NCBI GenBank assembly: GCA_964413845.1
Contig: CAYPTJ010000032.1
Coordinates: 1 to 43,634 of the forward strand
DNA length: 43,634 bases
Source: an uncultured Candidatus Saccharibacteria bacterium
GTDB lineage: Bacteria > Patescibacteriota > WWE3 > 9FT-COMBO-53-11
Direction of reading: 5' to 3'
The position numbers and the translations under genes are program-made. The notes beneath the pieces were generated by a model. The model saw only the letters and a list, made by a program, of their open reading frames with translations. It ran no database searches and was not told the origin of the DNA. This document shows, piece after piece, positions 31,878 through 39,510 of the stretch (within the stretch, counting starts at the first letter, position 1; every line of letters begins with the position of its first letter).

Positions 31878-32887
31878 TACCGGCGGAGAAATTTGCGGAC
31901 CCGCTCGACACCGGCGACGGCGAGGTAGCGCTTGGTTAAAGGATAATCCCAGGCGCCAAGATAATCCATCCGATACCCCCCGAAACCCTTTTTGAAAAGG
32001 GAGTAGCCATACCAGGGGTGGTGAGGATCATCGGTTGGGGCGATCCCCCAAAGGTCGTAGAAGTCAAGATCCTCCTTCTTCGCCTGCCGAATCGCTTCCC
32101 ACTGAAGAACATAAGCGGCGGGAATGTCACTTCTTACAGAGGCGGCATGAAGGTAAGTTGCGGTGTCGCCGTAGGTAACGATGACTGCCACCGCCAAGAT
32201 ATTGCTCTGATATTTCGCCAGATAAAGCTCCGCCATTCCGCGGGGAGCGAGGATCTCAAACTGAGTTTGCAGGTACTTTCGCGAATGGGGGGTAAAGCCC
32301 TGCCGCCTGTAGGTAGCAACCATCAAGCGGTGGAATTCCTCCATCATTTCTGGATCACGGCTGCGTTCAACCTCAATCCCCATCTCCTGCCCTCTCCTGA
32401 CAAGATAACGGGTCGTCTTGCGCATCCCCATCAGAAGAGCCTCCTCGGGTGCACGAAGGTCCAAAAGAAGGGTCGCCCCTCCCGCTTGGGAGGTAGCAGC
32501 GATTGGACGGAAGCCTAACTTTCTCAAAAGCTCCTTCCCTTCCTCCGTCGCCTCCCAAGGGGGTTCTACCCTTAAATAGTCCACCTTCTTACTCTCCGCT
32601 AACTTTTTAAGATAATCTATTAAACTTATCACTGGTCCCTTATCGCTGGTCACTATCAGAGGTCCGTGGGGAACATAAACAAACTGCCCTAACTTTCGTC
32701 CACCAACTAATGCCTGTACCCCCCCAACCATCTTTCCCCTGTCAAGCAACCCCAGCCGGTGGTGGGAAAGGCCCATCGCGTCCTGAAATTCCCCCCAAGC
32801 CCAGGATTGAAGAAAGGGAGTATGGGGGGGTTGCGCAAGGACAAACTTCTCCCAGGTTTTCTCATCCAAGATCTCTTTGATCTCCAC
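31874..32887 (-). CDS. FemAB-family peptidoglycan interpeptide-bridge aminoacyltransferase.
   Basis: FLQSWAWGEFQDAMG at the N-terminus, ...YGDTATYLHAAS..., ...YDLWGIAP..., ...LFKKGFGG... Confidence 0.75.
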   Translation of the reverse strand: MEIKEILDEKTWEKFVLAQPPHTPFLQSWAWGEFQDAMGLSHHRLGLLDRGKMVGGVQALVGGRKLGQFVYVPHGPLIVTSDKGPVISLIDYLKKLAESKKVDYLRVEPPWEATEEGKELLRKLGFRPIAATSQAGGATLLLDLRAPEEALLMGMRKTTRYLVRRGQEMGIEVERSRDPEMMEEFHRLMVATYRRQGFTPHSRKYLQTQFEILAPRGMAELYLAKYQSNILAVAVIVTYGDTATYLHAASVRSDIPAAYVLQWEAIRQAKKEDLDFYDLWGIAPTDDPHHPWYGYSLFKKGFGGYRMDYLGAWDYPLTKRYLAVAGVERVRKFLRRY

Positions 32888-32912
32888 CCTGATAGAATGT
32901 TAGCAGATTACA

Positions 32913-33866
32913 ATGTTGAGCAATCTACGGCAGTCAAAGGAATGGGCGAGATTTCTCGCCTCCCAGGGTTGGATAGTTGAGGAGGTTGGCGGGACAAAAG
33001 CTTACATTCGCAAACTCCCCGTTTATGGTTCGGTAATTAAGATTCAAAGACCTCCCAAGGTCCCTCCGGTTGAAGCAATTGATAAACTGGCACAAAAACA
33101 CCGCGCCCTCTTCGTCAAAGTTGAACCACTCTCAACTGCTAACTATGAACTATCAACTAGTCATGGATTCATCCATGACTCTAGCCCAAATCTTCCCACC
33201 AAAACGATTATCATTGATCTTACCAAATCTGAGGAAGAGTTATGGCAAAATCTCTCCCAAGATGCTCGGCAAAGCATTCGCAAGGCAAAAAGTGATCAGT
33301 TATTAGTTATTAGTTATCGGTATGGAGAAAATAAGTTCGCTGAAGCGTTGAAGGAGTTTCACCAACTTCTTAAAAGAACTGGACGGCGTCAGAGATTCTG
33401 GACCCCAAGCCTCGATCAGCTTAAGACCAAGCTTGAGTACTTCGGCAAGAATGCTGTCCTTTTTCTTGCCTACTCCCCTATGCCAGATCAACCGATTGCC
33501 GGCCGCCTTCGGCGACCCGCTTCGCCGCGAGGCGAGGCCTCACCTCTGGCGGGCGCATTCAACTTGATCCACGACAGGATTAGCTACGGGTGCTATGCCG
33601 CCTCCTCCACCAAGGGTCGGGAGTTCCACGCCCCCTACCTTCTTATCTGGGAGATTATAAAGAAGGGGAAAGACTCAAAACTTAGAGCTCTAGACCTGGA
33701 AGGAATCTATGATCCTCGCTACCATAAACTCACCAAAAGCTGGCAGGGCTTTACCGTTTTCAAACGAAAGTTTGGAGGAAAGGAGAAAGAGTACCCCCCT
33801 CCGCTTGTGAAGTATTACCACCCGTTGGTTAGGTTGCTTTTTAAGGTTGGTTCTTTGTTCGACTAA
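32913..33866 (+). CDS. Second FemAB-family aminoacyltransferase, divergently oriented to the first.
   Basis: LRQSKEWARFLASQGW..., ...ISYGCYAASSTKGREFHAPYLLIWEIIK..., ...FKRKFGGKE. Carries a 51-nt GC-rich in-frame insertion. Confidence 0.7.
   Translation: MLSNLRQSKEWARFLASQGWIVEEVGGTKAYIRKLPVYGSVIKIQRPPKVPPVEAIDKLAQKHRALFVKVEPLSTANYELSTSHGFIHDSSPNLPTKTIIIDLTKSEEELWQNLSQDARQSIRKAKSDQLLVISYRYGENKFAEALKEFHQLLKRTGRRQRFWTPSLDQLKTKLEYFGKNAVLFLAYSPMPDQPIAGRLRRPASPRGEASPLAGAFNLIHDRISYGCYAASSTKGREFHAPYLLIWEIIKKGKDSKLRALDLEGIYDPRYHKLTKSWQGFTVFKRKFGGKEKEYPPPLVKYYHPLVRLLFKVGSLFD
33291..33318. repeat. Four phased heptamers inside the second FemAB gene.
   Basis: agtgatc/agttatt/agttatt/agttatc, encoding SDQLLVISY. 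Same word family as the intergenic array at 23341-23375. Confidence 0.75.
33504..33554 (+). repeat. 51-nt GC-rich hairpin-containing in-frame insertion in the FemAB gene.
   Basis: It encodes RLRRPASPRGEASPLAG between IAG and AFNL. It contains the 8-bp hairpin gcttcgcc-gcga-ggcgaggc (33519-33538). Removing it restores the spacing seen in the in-window paralog. Confidence 0.6.
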
Positions 33867-33867
33867 G

Positions 33868-34356
33868 ATGGATCTTATCTCACACGCACTTTGGGGAGTA
33901 AACTTAATCAGAAGCCGTGAACTTCTCCCCCTGGTAGTTGGGGTTTCACTCCTTCCTGATCTTGGGACGCTACCTGGAGTTTATGAAGTTCTTCGCCGCT
34001 ACTACCAAGACTACCGAAGGGGAGTTCGAAGGAACTTCCGCCAGCTTTTAACCGATTGGCAGAGAATTGCCCCGAGCAATTTTGCTCTCAACTTTTACCT
34101 TGCTTTTCACAATGTTTTTGCCTGGCTCGCCTTTTCTCTCCTTCTCTTTCTTTTTGCCCAAAACTACCTTATCCTCTCCCTCGCTTACCTCTGGCACCTT
34201 CTTATCGATATTTCCACCCACTACGAACCAAAACCCCTCTACCCCCTCTCTAAACCCGGTCGTAGATCTTTTGATTCGCGAACAGACTGGTGGATACTGC
34301 CGGTCAATCTCCTCCTCTTAGGCACCATTAATTTCGCTATCGCTTTTCTCTGGTAA
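33868..34356 (+). CDS. Membrane-bound metal-dependent hydrolase-like protein (YdjM/DUF457-like).
   Basis: MDLISHALWG N-terminus and WHLLIDISTH motif, hydrophobic. Start taken at ATG 33868, after the upstream stop. Confidence 0.4.
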   Translation: MDLISHALWGVNLIRSRELLPLVVGVSLLPDLGTLPGVYEVLRRYYQDYRRGVRRNFRQLLTDWQRIAPSNFALNFYLAFHNVFAWLAFSLLLFLFAQNYLILSLAYLWHLLIDISTHYEPKPLYPLSKPGRRSFDSRTDWWILPVNLLLLGTINFAIAFLW

Positions 34357-35361
34357 TTAAAGAATCAAGGTATTAAAGAGGAAGCCGAGGAGAAGAACTA
34401 AGGGGACGGTAACCAAAACCAGAGCTAGCGCTGCTCGCTTGCCAATGTTGGTTAAAACAATTCCAACCTCAGTAAAATCGGTTACCACCCCTGCCTGGAG
34501 AAAAACGAAGGCGTTACCGAAAGCCCCAGTCTGTTTATATAGTTCAAAAGCGAGGGGGGAAGAGCCCTCAGAGCAGACCTCGATTATCGAGGCCAAGACT
34601 AAAGTTGCCAGCATTCCTAAGATTGTTGGGCCGAAAAACTGATGAAAGATTCGTTCAGGAATATACGCCCCTAAAACCGAAGCTAAGAAAAAGCCTAACA
34701 GGATCCACCAAACAACCATTTTTGCCAGATCCCAGACGCTTTTGAACACTCCAAAGATCAAAACTTTTAACCCAGGAAAGTGCCAAACTATCTTCCCCCT
34801 TCTTGGTCTCAACTTCGCTCCCTCAATCAACCCTTTATCTTCTAAAATCTGAAAAATAAAACCGGAGATGAGTGCCACAACTAAAGCTCCGCCGATTATA
34901 AAAAGAGCCTTCGAACCAAAGAGAGACAAGAGAAGGAAGGTGATTGACAGATTAGCCCAAGGGGAAGCAAGCAGAAATGTCAAAGTTGAGGCAGTAGAAG
35001 CTCCTTTTTTGTAAAGAGAGACGGCAATCGCCAGGATTCCGTGAGAGCAGGCTGAGGCAAGGAATCCAAGAAAAACGGCAATAATTATGCTCCGCCTTCC
35101 ACGAGCCAGCAAGTTGACCATAAATTCTGGAGGGATCAAGACCTCAATCAGTCCACCAATCGCTAACCCCAAAAGAATTGCCCACCAGGTCAACTTTAGA
35201 TATTGCCAAAAGGTCCTAAACAGCGGCGATAATAGAGTACTCCCAAACAAAAGAAGGGTAAGATGAGTGATGAAAGTTATGAAAATTACTGCCCCAATAA
35301 CAAATAGTGGCTCTCGATACCAAGGCTGGCGCTGATGACAACAGGCGTGCGTTTCTTCCAT
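34357..35361 (-). CDS. Predicted permease (ArsP/YraQ-like, DUF318-type), about 8-10 TM.
   Basis: N-terminal Cys pair (THACCHQ). Two-lobed hydrophobic architecture with conserved-looking SACSHG and CSEGS segments. Confidence 0.55.
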   Translation of the reverse strand: MEETHACCHQRQPWYREPLFVIGAVIFITFITHLTLLLFGSTLLSPLFRTFWQYLKLTWWAILLGLAIGGLIEVLIPPEFMVNLLARGRRSIIIAVFLGFLASACSHGILAIAVSLYKKGASTASTLTFLLASPWANLSITFLLLSLFGSKALFIIGGALVVALISGFIFQILEDKGLIEGAKLRPRRGKIVWHFPGLKVLIFGVFKSVWDLAKMVVWWILLGFFLASVLGAYIPERIFHQFFGPTILGMLATLVLASIIEVCSEGSSPLAFELYKQTGAFGNAFVFLQAGVVTDFTEVGIVLTNIGKRAALALVLVTVPLVLLLGFLFNTLIL

Positions 35362-35419
35362 CTTGTTAAACTACGTAGGCTTTGTAAACCTCAAAAATTT
35401 CCAGGTTCAAAATCCCTTC

Positions 35420-35989
35420 TTAAGAGGTTTGACTGGAGTCGAAACTAACTTCAAAAAAATTCGGCAGTCTAAATCTTATCTCCCTTACCCCCTCAATCCT
35501 CTGCAACTCATCAACGACCAAAGGCGCGTGGCCGGAACAGGGAATCTCAACTTTCAAAATCTTTGTCACCAATCCAGTTTGTCCCGAAACCATCACTTCA
35601 CCCTTACTTAGCCGCAGTGCTTTCAAATTTGTCAGCAGAGGAAAAACGACCAAATAAAGTAACAAATTGATCCCTACAACTGCGGCGAATAAAGTCAAAA
35701 GATAGCCCTTCTTTTCTTTAATGCCCAACCAGGAAAGCTTCCGAATCCGGTATAAATAAACGAGCGCCGAAAGCACTACCAACCCAAAAAGAAAAATCCA
35801 CCAATAAAGGAAAAAGGCGGGCATTAGCAACCAGTTCCGGAAAAAGGCCGTAGCTGCGGTTGAGCCACCAATTGAAAGTATCAAAAAGATCAAACAAAAG
35901 CTGTGAGGCAAAAGGCCATAAACCAAACCGGACCAAAAAACAGTTGTTTTTTTATCTTTAACCTCACAACAGCTTCTTTTATTTTCCAT
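35420..35989 (-). CDS. Membrane protein with an N-terminal Cys pair, about 4 TM and a C-terminal HMA-like small domain.
   Basis: Start taken at MENKRSCCEV (ATG 35989). The C-terminus LVTKILKVEIPCSGHAPLVVDELQRIEGVREIRF resembles a metal-binding beta-alpha-beta fold with CSGH in place of CxxC. Confidence 0.45.
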   Translation of the reverse strand: MENKRSCCEVKDKKTTVFWSGLVYGLLPHSFCLIFLILSIGGSTAATAFFRNWLLMPAFFLYWWIFLFGLVVLSALVYLYRIRKLSWLGIKEKKGYLLTLFAAVVGINLLLYLVVFPLLTNLKALRLSKGEVMVSGQTGLVTKILKVEIPCSGHAPLVVDELQRIEGVREIRFRLPNFFEVSFDSSQTS

Positions 35990-36260
35990 TTTCTCCTTCC
36001 TTAAAAACTTCAATAATCTCCCTAAAGATTCTTTTTCTCTCCTTTTCACTTTTGCCCTTGACTGCTTTGGTGACACAGGTTTCGAGGTGGTTTCGGAGGA
36101 CCAACTCATTGACCTTTTTTAAAGCGGCGGTTACCGCCTGGTTTTGGCGGATGATATCGATACAGTACTTATCTTCTTCAATCATCTTAGCCACTCCTTT
36201 GAGGTGGCCGATCAAATAGCTCATTCGGTTAAGGAGGGTTTTCTTGCGTTTGTTGATCAT
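35979..36260 (-). CDS. Metal-sensing transcriptional repressor, CsoR/RcnR/FrmR family (DUF156).
   Basis: LLNRMSYLIGHLKGVAKMIEEDKYCIDIIRQNQAVTAALKKV...LRNHLETCV, with family-typical Cys/His positions. Confidence 0.75.
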   Translation of the reverse strand: MINKRKKTLLNRMSYLIGHLKGVAKMIEEDKYCIDIIRQNQAVTAALKKVNELVLRNHLETCVTKAVKGKSEKERKRIFREIIEVFKEGENGK

Positions 36261-36326
36261 GGAATCCTAGATACCCCCCCATGGGGGGTATGGTTGAATT
36301 TAGCTTACTAGATCGGGGGTACCATG

Positions 36327-37025
36327 TCAACTTTCCCGCAAAATACAAAGTGGGGTTTGCTCTCGCGATTGGCCCATCGGGTTTCCAGCGAGAACAACTT
36401 CAACCAATTTCCGATCCACCTCTTTTGAGGCGGCGAGAACACGTGCCGCTTTATCGTTAGTGTCAGCGATCACCACCGGAAACCCCAATACCTTTTCCAG
36501 CTGAGCAACGACTCTCCCCGGATTCTTTGGTCCTAATTTGGCATGGCGATTGTAAGGAGGTAGGGTATAGTTGCAAGGTCCATCAATCGCATTAATGTTT
36601 CCCCCGACAACGTGGTAGAAAACTCCCCTTATTCCAAAAGGTTTAGTGATAGCGCTGAGAAGAAGAGCTAAGGCGAAGCGGAAAGGATTTGCATCCCGCA
36701 GAGCAAGCTCCATCGTGTAGGGGCTGCCGATCCCAATCCCGTAAGGTGGTTTATAGACAAATTTCGAAAGTAGTCTTGCCAGGAGAGAGGGTTCAACCAT
36801 CTCAATCGGGAACGATCGCCCCTGAGTGATCGCCACAATCCGCTCTCCAACGACCAAGATGTCACCGGGCTGGAGATGAGGCTTGGCATACTTTTCCACC
36901 ATCTTAACGATGTCATCGTTGGCAACGATCACGTGGGTTTTGATCGGGAGGCGGGCGAAGCGCTTTCCCGCAACCTTAATATAAAGCTTTCTTTCTGGGT
37001 TAGGTTTAAGCGGATTTTTGACCAT
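36327..37025 (-). CDS. F420-0:gamma-glutamyl ligase-like (CofE-fold) protein.
   Basis: GDILVVGERIVAITQGR and ...VVIADTND... patterns resemble the CofE/F420_ligase family. The function in this genomic context is unclear. Confidence 0.45.
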   Translation of the reverse strand: MVKNPLKPNPERKLYIKVAGKRFARLPIKTHVIVANDDIVKMVEKYAKPHLQPGDILVVGERIVAITQGRSFPIEMVEPSLLARLLSKFVYKPPYGIGIGSPYTMELALRDANPFRFALALLLSAITKPFGIRGVFYHVVGGNINAIDGPCNYTLPPYNRHAKLGPKNPGRVVAQLEKVLGFPVVIADTNDKAARVLAASKEVDRKLVEVVLAGNPMGQSREQTPLCILRES

Positions 37026-37051
37026 CTTTAGAATCCAATATAAAGTACTCG

Positions 37052-37981
37052 CTAAAACTCGCCGACGTAACGGATCTCTTCCTCCAACTCGATTTTAAAC
37101 CTTTCTTTAACTTTTTCCCTACAGAGCTCAATCAAGGCAACTACATCCTTCGCTTTTGCTTCCCCAAGGTTGACGATCATATTTGCATGTTCCTTGGAGA
37201 TCTTTGCCCCACCGATCTTCCTCCCCTTTAACCCACACTCCTCAATCAGATAGGCGGTAGGAACCATCCCCCCTTTGATCTTTTCTTTCGGGATCATCTT
37301 TCTCGCCTCTAACCTCAATCCTCCAACCTCTAAATTTTTAAAGATACTTCCCGCTGAAGGGTAAGGAGGAACCTGCCGCCTAATTAAGTATTCTTGGACA
37401 AGCCGTTGACTTTCGGAGGGGTCGCCTTTTTTAAGCTTCAAGGTTACCTCAAGAATCACCCAGGGTTTTTCCTCAAAAATACTTTCCCGATAGCCAAACC
37501 TGCAATCACTGACAAGGAACAACCTTGTCATGTTATTTTCGTCTAAAATTTCTACCTTCTCCACCGTCTCAGAGAAATGGTGCCCGAAAGCTCCGGCGTT
37601 GCCAAAGACCGCTCCCCCAACCGTTCCAGGGATCCCCACCGCCCACTCCAATCCCGCCAAACCTGCCTGGATGGAATCGACGACCACCTCACCGAGAAGC
37701 ACCCCCGCCTCGGCAATGATCTTCCCATCTTTGATTCCCGACTTTTGACCTTTGATTTGCATGACCAACCCAGCGAATCCTTTATCAGCCACCAAAAGAT
37801 TACTTCCACCGCCCAAAATGAAAAAAGGAAGTCCGACTTCCCTCACCACCTTAACTGCTCGAATAACATCTTCTTTAGTTTTCGCGGTATAGAAATAACG
37901 CGCTGGCCCACCGATCTTAAAAGCAGTCAGCAGCGCCAAAGGAACATTCTCTTGAACCCCAGTAAGACCTTTTATCTCCAC
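37052..37981 (-). CDS. murB: UDP-N-acetylenolpyruvoylglucosamine reductase.
   Basis: FKIGGPARYF, FFILGGGSNLLV, GIPGTVGGAVFGNAGAFG, AGSIFKN, GGAKISKEHANMIVN. Confidence 0.9.
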   Translation of the reverse strand: MEIKGLTGVQENVPLALLTAFKIGGPARYFYTAKTKEDVIRAVKVVREVGLPFFILGGGSNLLVADKGFAGLVMQIKGQKSGIKDGKIIAEAGVLLGEVVVDSIQAGLAGLEWAVGIPGTVGGAVFGNAGAFGHHFSETVEKVEILDENNMTRLFLVSDCRFGYRESIFEEKPWVILEVTLKLKKGDPSESQRLVQEYLIRRQVPPYPSAGSIFKNLEVGGLRLEARKMIPKEKIKGGMVPTAYLIEECGLKGRKIGGAKISKEHANMIVNLGEAKAKDVVALIELCREKVKERFKIELEEEIRYVGEF

Positions 37982-38032
37982 AGGAGAAGTTTAGCAAAGA
38001 GGTAAGTAAATTTCCTTTGTGACTTTTTTGAT

Positions 38033-38293
38033 TTAGGACCCTTTCCGGAACTGTTCAAAGTTGGTAGCAACTGTTGGGTTGCTTGCTCTTAAAAGCTCAA
38101 GAACTTTGGTTCGCAGTTCAACTGAACTGATTATCCCGTCAATCGCCGCACTTTGGGCCCAGCTCTCAACCTGAGAAGCAATTCCTTCCGCCTCCCCTGG
38201 TGAGGCACCGGACCTCTGAAAACCAGCTGCCATCTTGCCCCGATCAAAGGGCTCTATCCGACCATCCTTCTTTCTCACTTTAAGCTCTGCCAT
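38033..38293 (-). CDS. Stand-alone ATP-cone domain protein (86 aa).
   Basis: LKVRKKDGRIEPFDRGKMAAGFQRSG...ISSVELRTKVLELL... matches the ATP-cone layout. Confidence 0.65.
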   Translation of the reverse strand: MAELKVRKKDGRIEPFDRGKMAAGFQRSGASPGEAEGIASQVESWAQSAAIDGIISSVELRTKVLELLRASNPTVATNFEQFRKGS

Positions 38294-38414
38294 CAGTTCA
38301 TCACCCCCTTTGTGTTGTGGTCCAAGTTATCCTTTTAAGGATAGCAGTTTAAGGTCTTGCACCGCCCAAAAGCCAGCCTCCACGTTGGTTTGACGGAGCG
38401 TTTTGGGAACTGGA

Positions 38415-38708
38415 TTAAAAGCTGCGGCGGCCCCCGCGATCACCAAACCCCGGTCGCTCTTCCCTTGGTCTGGCAACATTAACCACGATCCTTTTTCCTT
38501 CCACTTCGGTGTCATTTAATTTTTTAATCGCTTCTTCGGCGTCCTTGTCTTTTTCCATCTCGACAAACCCAAAGCCTTTGCTTTGGCCGGTCTCCCGATC
38601 CATAATTACCGTTGCCGATGTAACTTTACCCACTTCTGAAAACATTTCTTCCAGTTTGGAATCAGTAACACTATAAGGAAGCTTTCCGACGTATAATTTT
38701 TTAGCCAT
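38415..38708 (-). CDS. RRM-type RNA-binding protein with a Gly/Arg tail.
   Basis: RNP2 is LYVGKL and RNP1 is KGFGFVEM. C-terminus is GFGDRGGRRSF. Confidence 0.9.
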   Translation of the reverse strand: MAKKLYVGKLPYSVTDSKLEEMFSEVGKVTSATVIMDRETGQSKGFGFVEMEKDKDAEEAIKKLNDTEVEGKRIVVNVARPREERPGFGDRGGRRSF

Positions 38709-38785
38709 TTATTATCACCACCGTTCTTTTTTACAGCGCTGTTTATTTTTGATCAAGGAACGGTCGTAAACAGATGTAAATATGT

Positions 38786-38840
38786 TAACGCTCAATTGGA
38801 CGCGGTTCTAATCGCTATCAATTTCGCTAACGCTCAATTG
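38786..38840. promoter_or_regulatory. Two exact copies of a 13-mer, 42 nt apart, in the long divergent intergenic region.
   Basis: taacgctcaattg occurs at 38786-38798 and 38828-38840. On the RRM coding strand each copy contains TTGAGC. Confidence 0.35.
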
Positions 38841-39094
38841 TAACACACCCCAACCTCGAAAACGAACTTGCCTGCCTCGCCGAATTTGAGTCAAGGCGGG
38901 TCAACGCCGCTGATCAGGGTTAAAATTGGCTAGCCCCCACCTGCGCCGAGGCTTCAACGGACGCGGCCAAAATCCACCAACCCGCTCTCACCATCCTTAG
39001 CCTCTCTTAAATCTCCTTTCGTCCTAAATCTCTTTCAATCTCCCTCAATCTGCCATTCACGCTATAACGTGTTATAACAGCGTGTTTGGTTTGG

Positions 39095-39103
39095 TGGTAA
39101 AAT
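39095..39103 (+). promoter_or_regulatory. Extended -10 promoter element candidate for the Cys-rich protein gene.
   Basis: TGgTAAAAT lies 41 nt upstream of ATG 39144. No good -35 box. Confidence 0.3.
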
Positions 39104-39143
39104 AGCAGTGGAGAGTATTGGTGGTTAAAAAGATCAAGATAAG

Positions 39144-39371
39144 ATGGAGTGTCGGCAAAAGGAAAACCTTAAAAGCTGTCCCTGCACCTGGCCCGATTGC
39201 CCCAGAAAAGGAATCTGCTGCCTTTGTATTAAGCACCATTGGGAGAAGACAGAGCTCCCCGCCTGCTTCTTTTCAAAGGAAGCGGAAAAGAGTTTTGACC
39301 GCTCGCTTGAGAACTTCCTTAAAGATCAGGAAATTTTAAATGCCGATGGTAATTTTAATGCTCAAACCTGA
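39144..39371 (+). CDS. Small Cys-rich cytoplasmic protein (conserved C-x-C...C...CC-x-C...H...C family).
   Basis: MECRQKENLKSCPCTWPDCPRKGICCLCIKHHWEKTELPACFFSKEAEKSFDRSLENF. Preferred over the overlapping basic ORF 39118..39339. Confidence 0.6.
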   Translation: MECRQKENLKSCPCTWPDCPRKGICCLCIKHHWEKTELPACFFSKEAEKSFDRSLENFLKDQEILNADGNFNAQT

Positions 39372-39510
39372 TTATCTTCTCGCTTAGCTGGTAGGAAGCT
39401 CCCTTTTAGCTTTATTCAATTGTCTTCCGCCTTGACGACTATGGGACCTTAAGTTAATATTGGGCCGGATTAGATCTTTAACAAACTTCCCATGGTAAAG
39501 AAAGGAGGAG

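Noticed and set aside
39118-39339. A basic 73-aa ORF overlapping the Cys-rich protein gene; it has a closer SD-like ggagag.
   Set aside because: Its translation is low-complexity K/R-rich. The alternative frame (39144..39371) gives a Cys/His pattern that I recognise as a conserved small-protein family.
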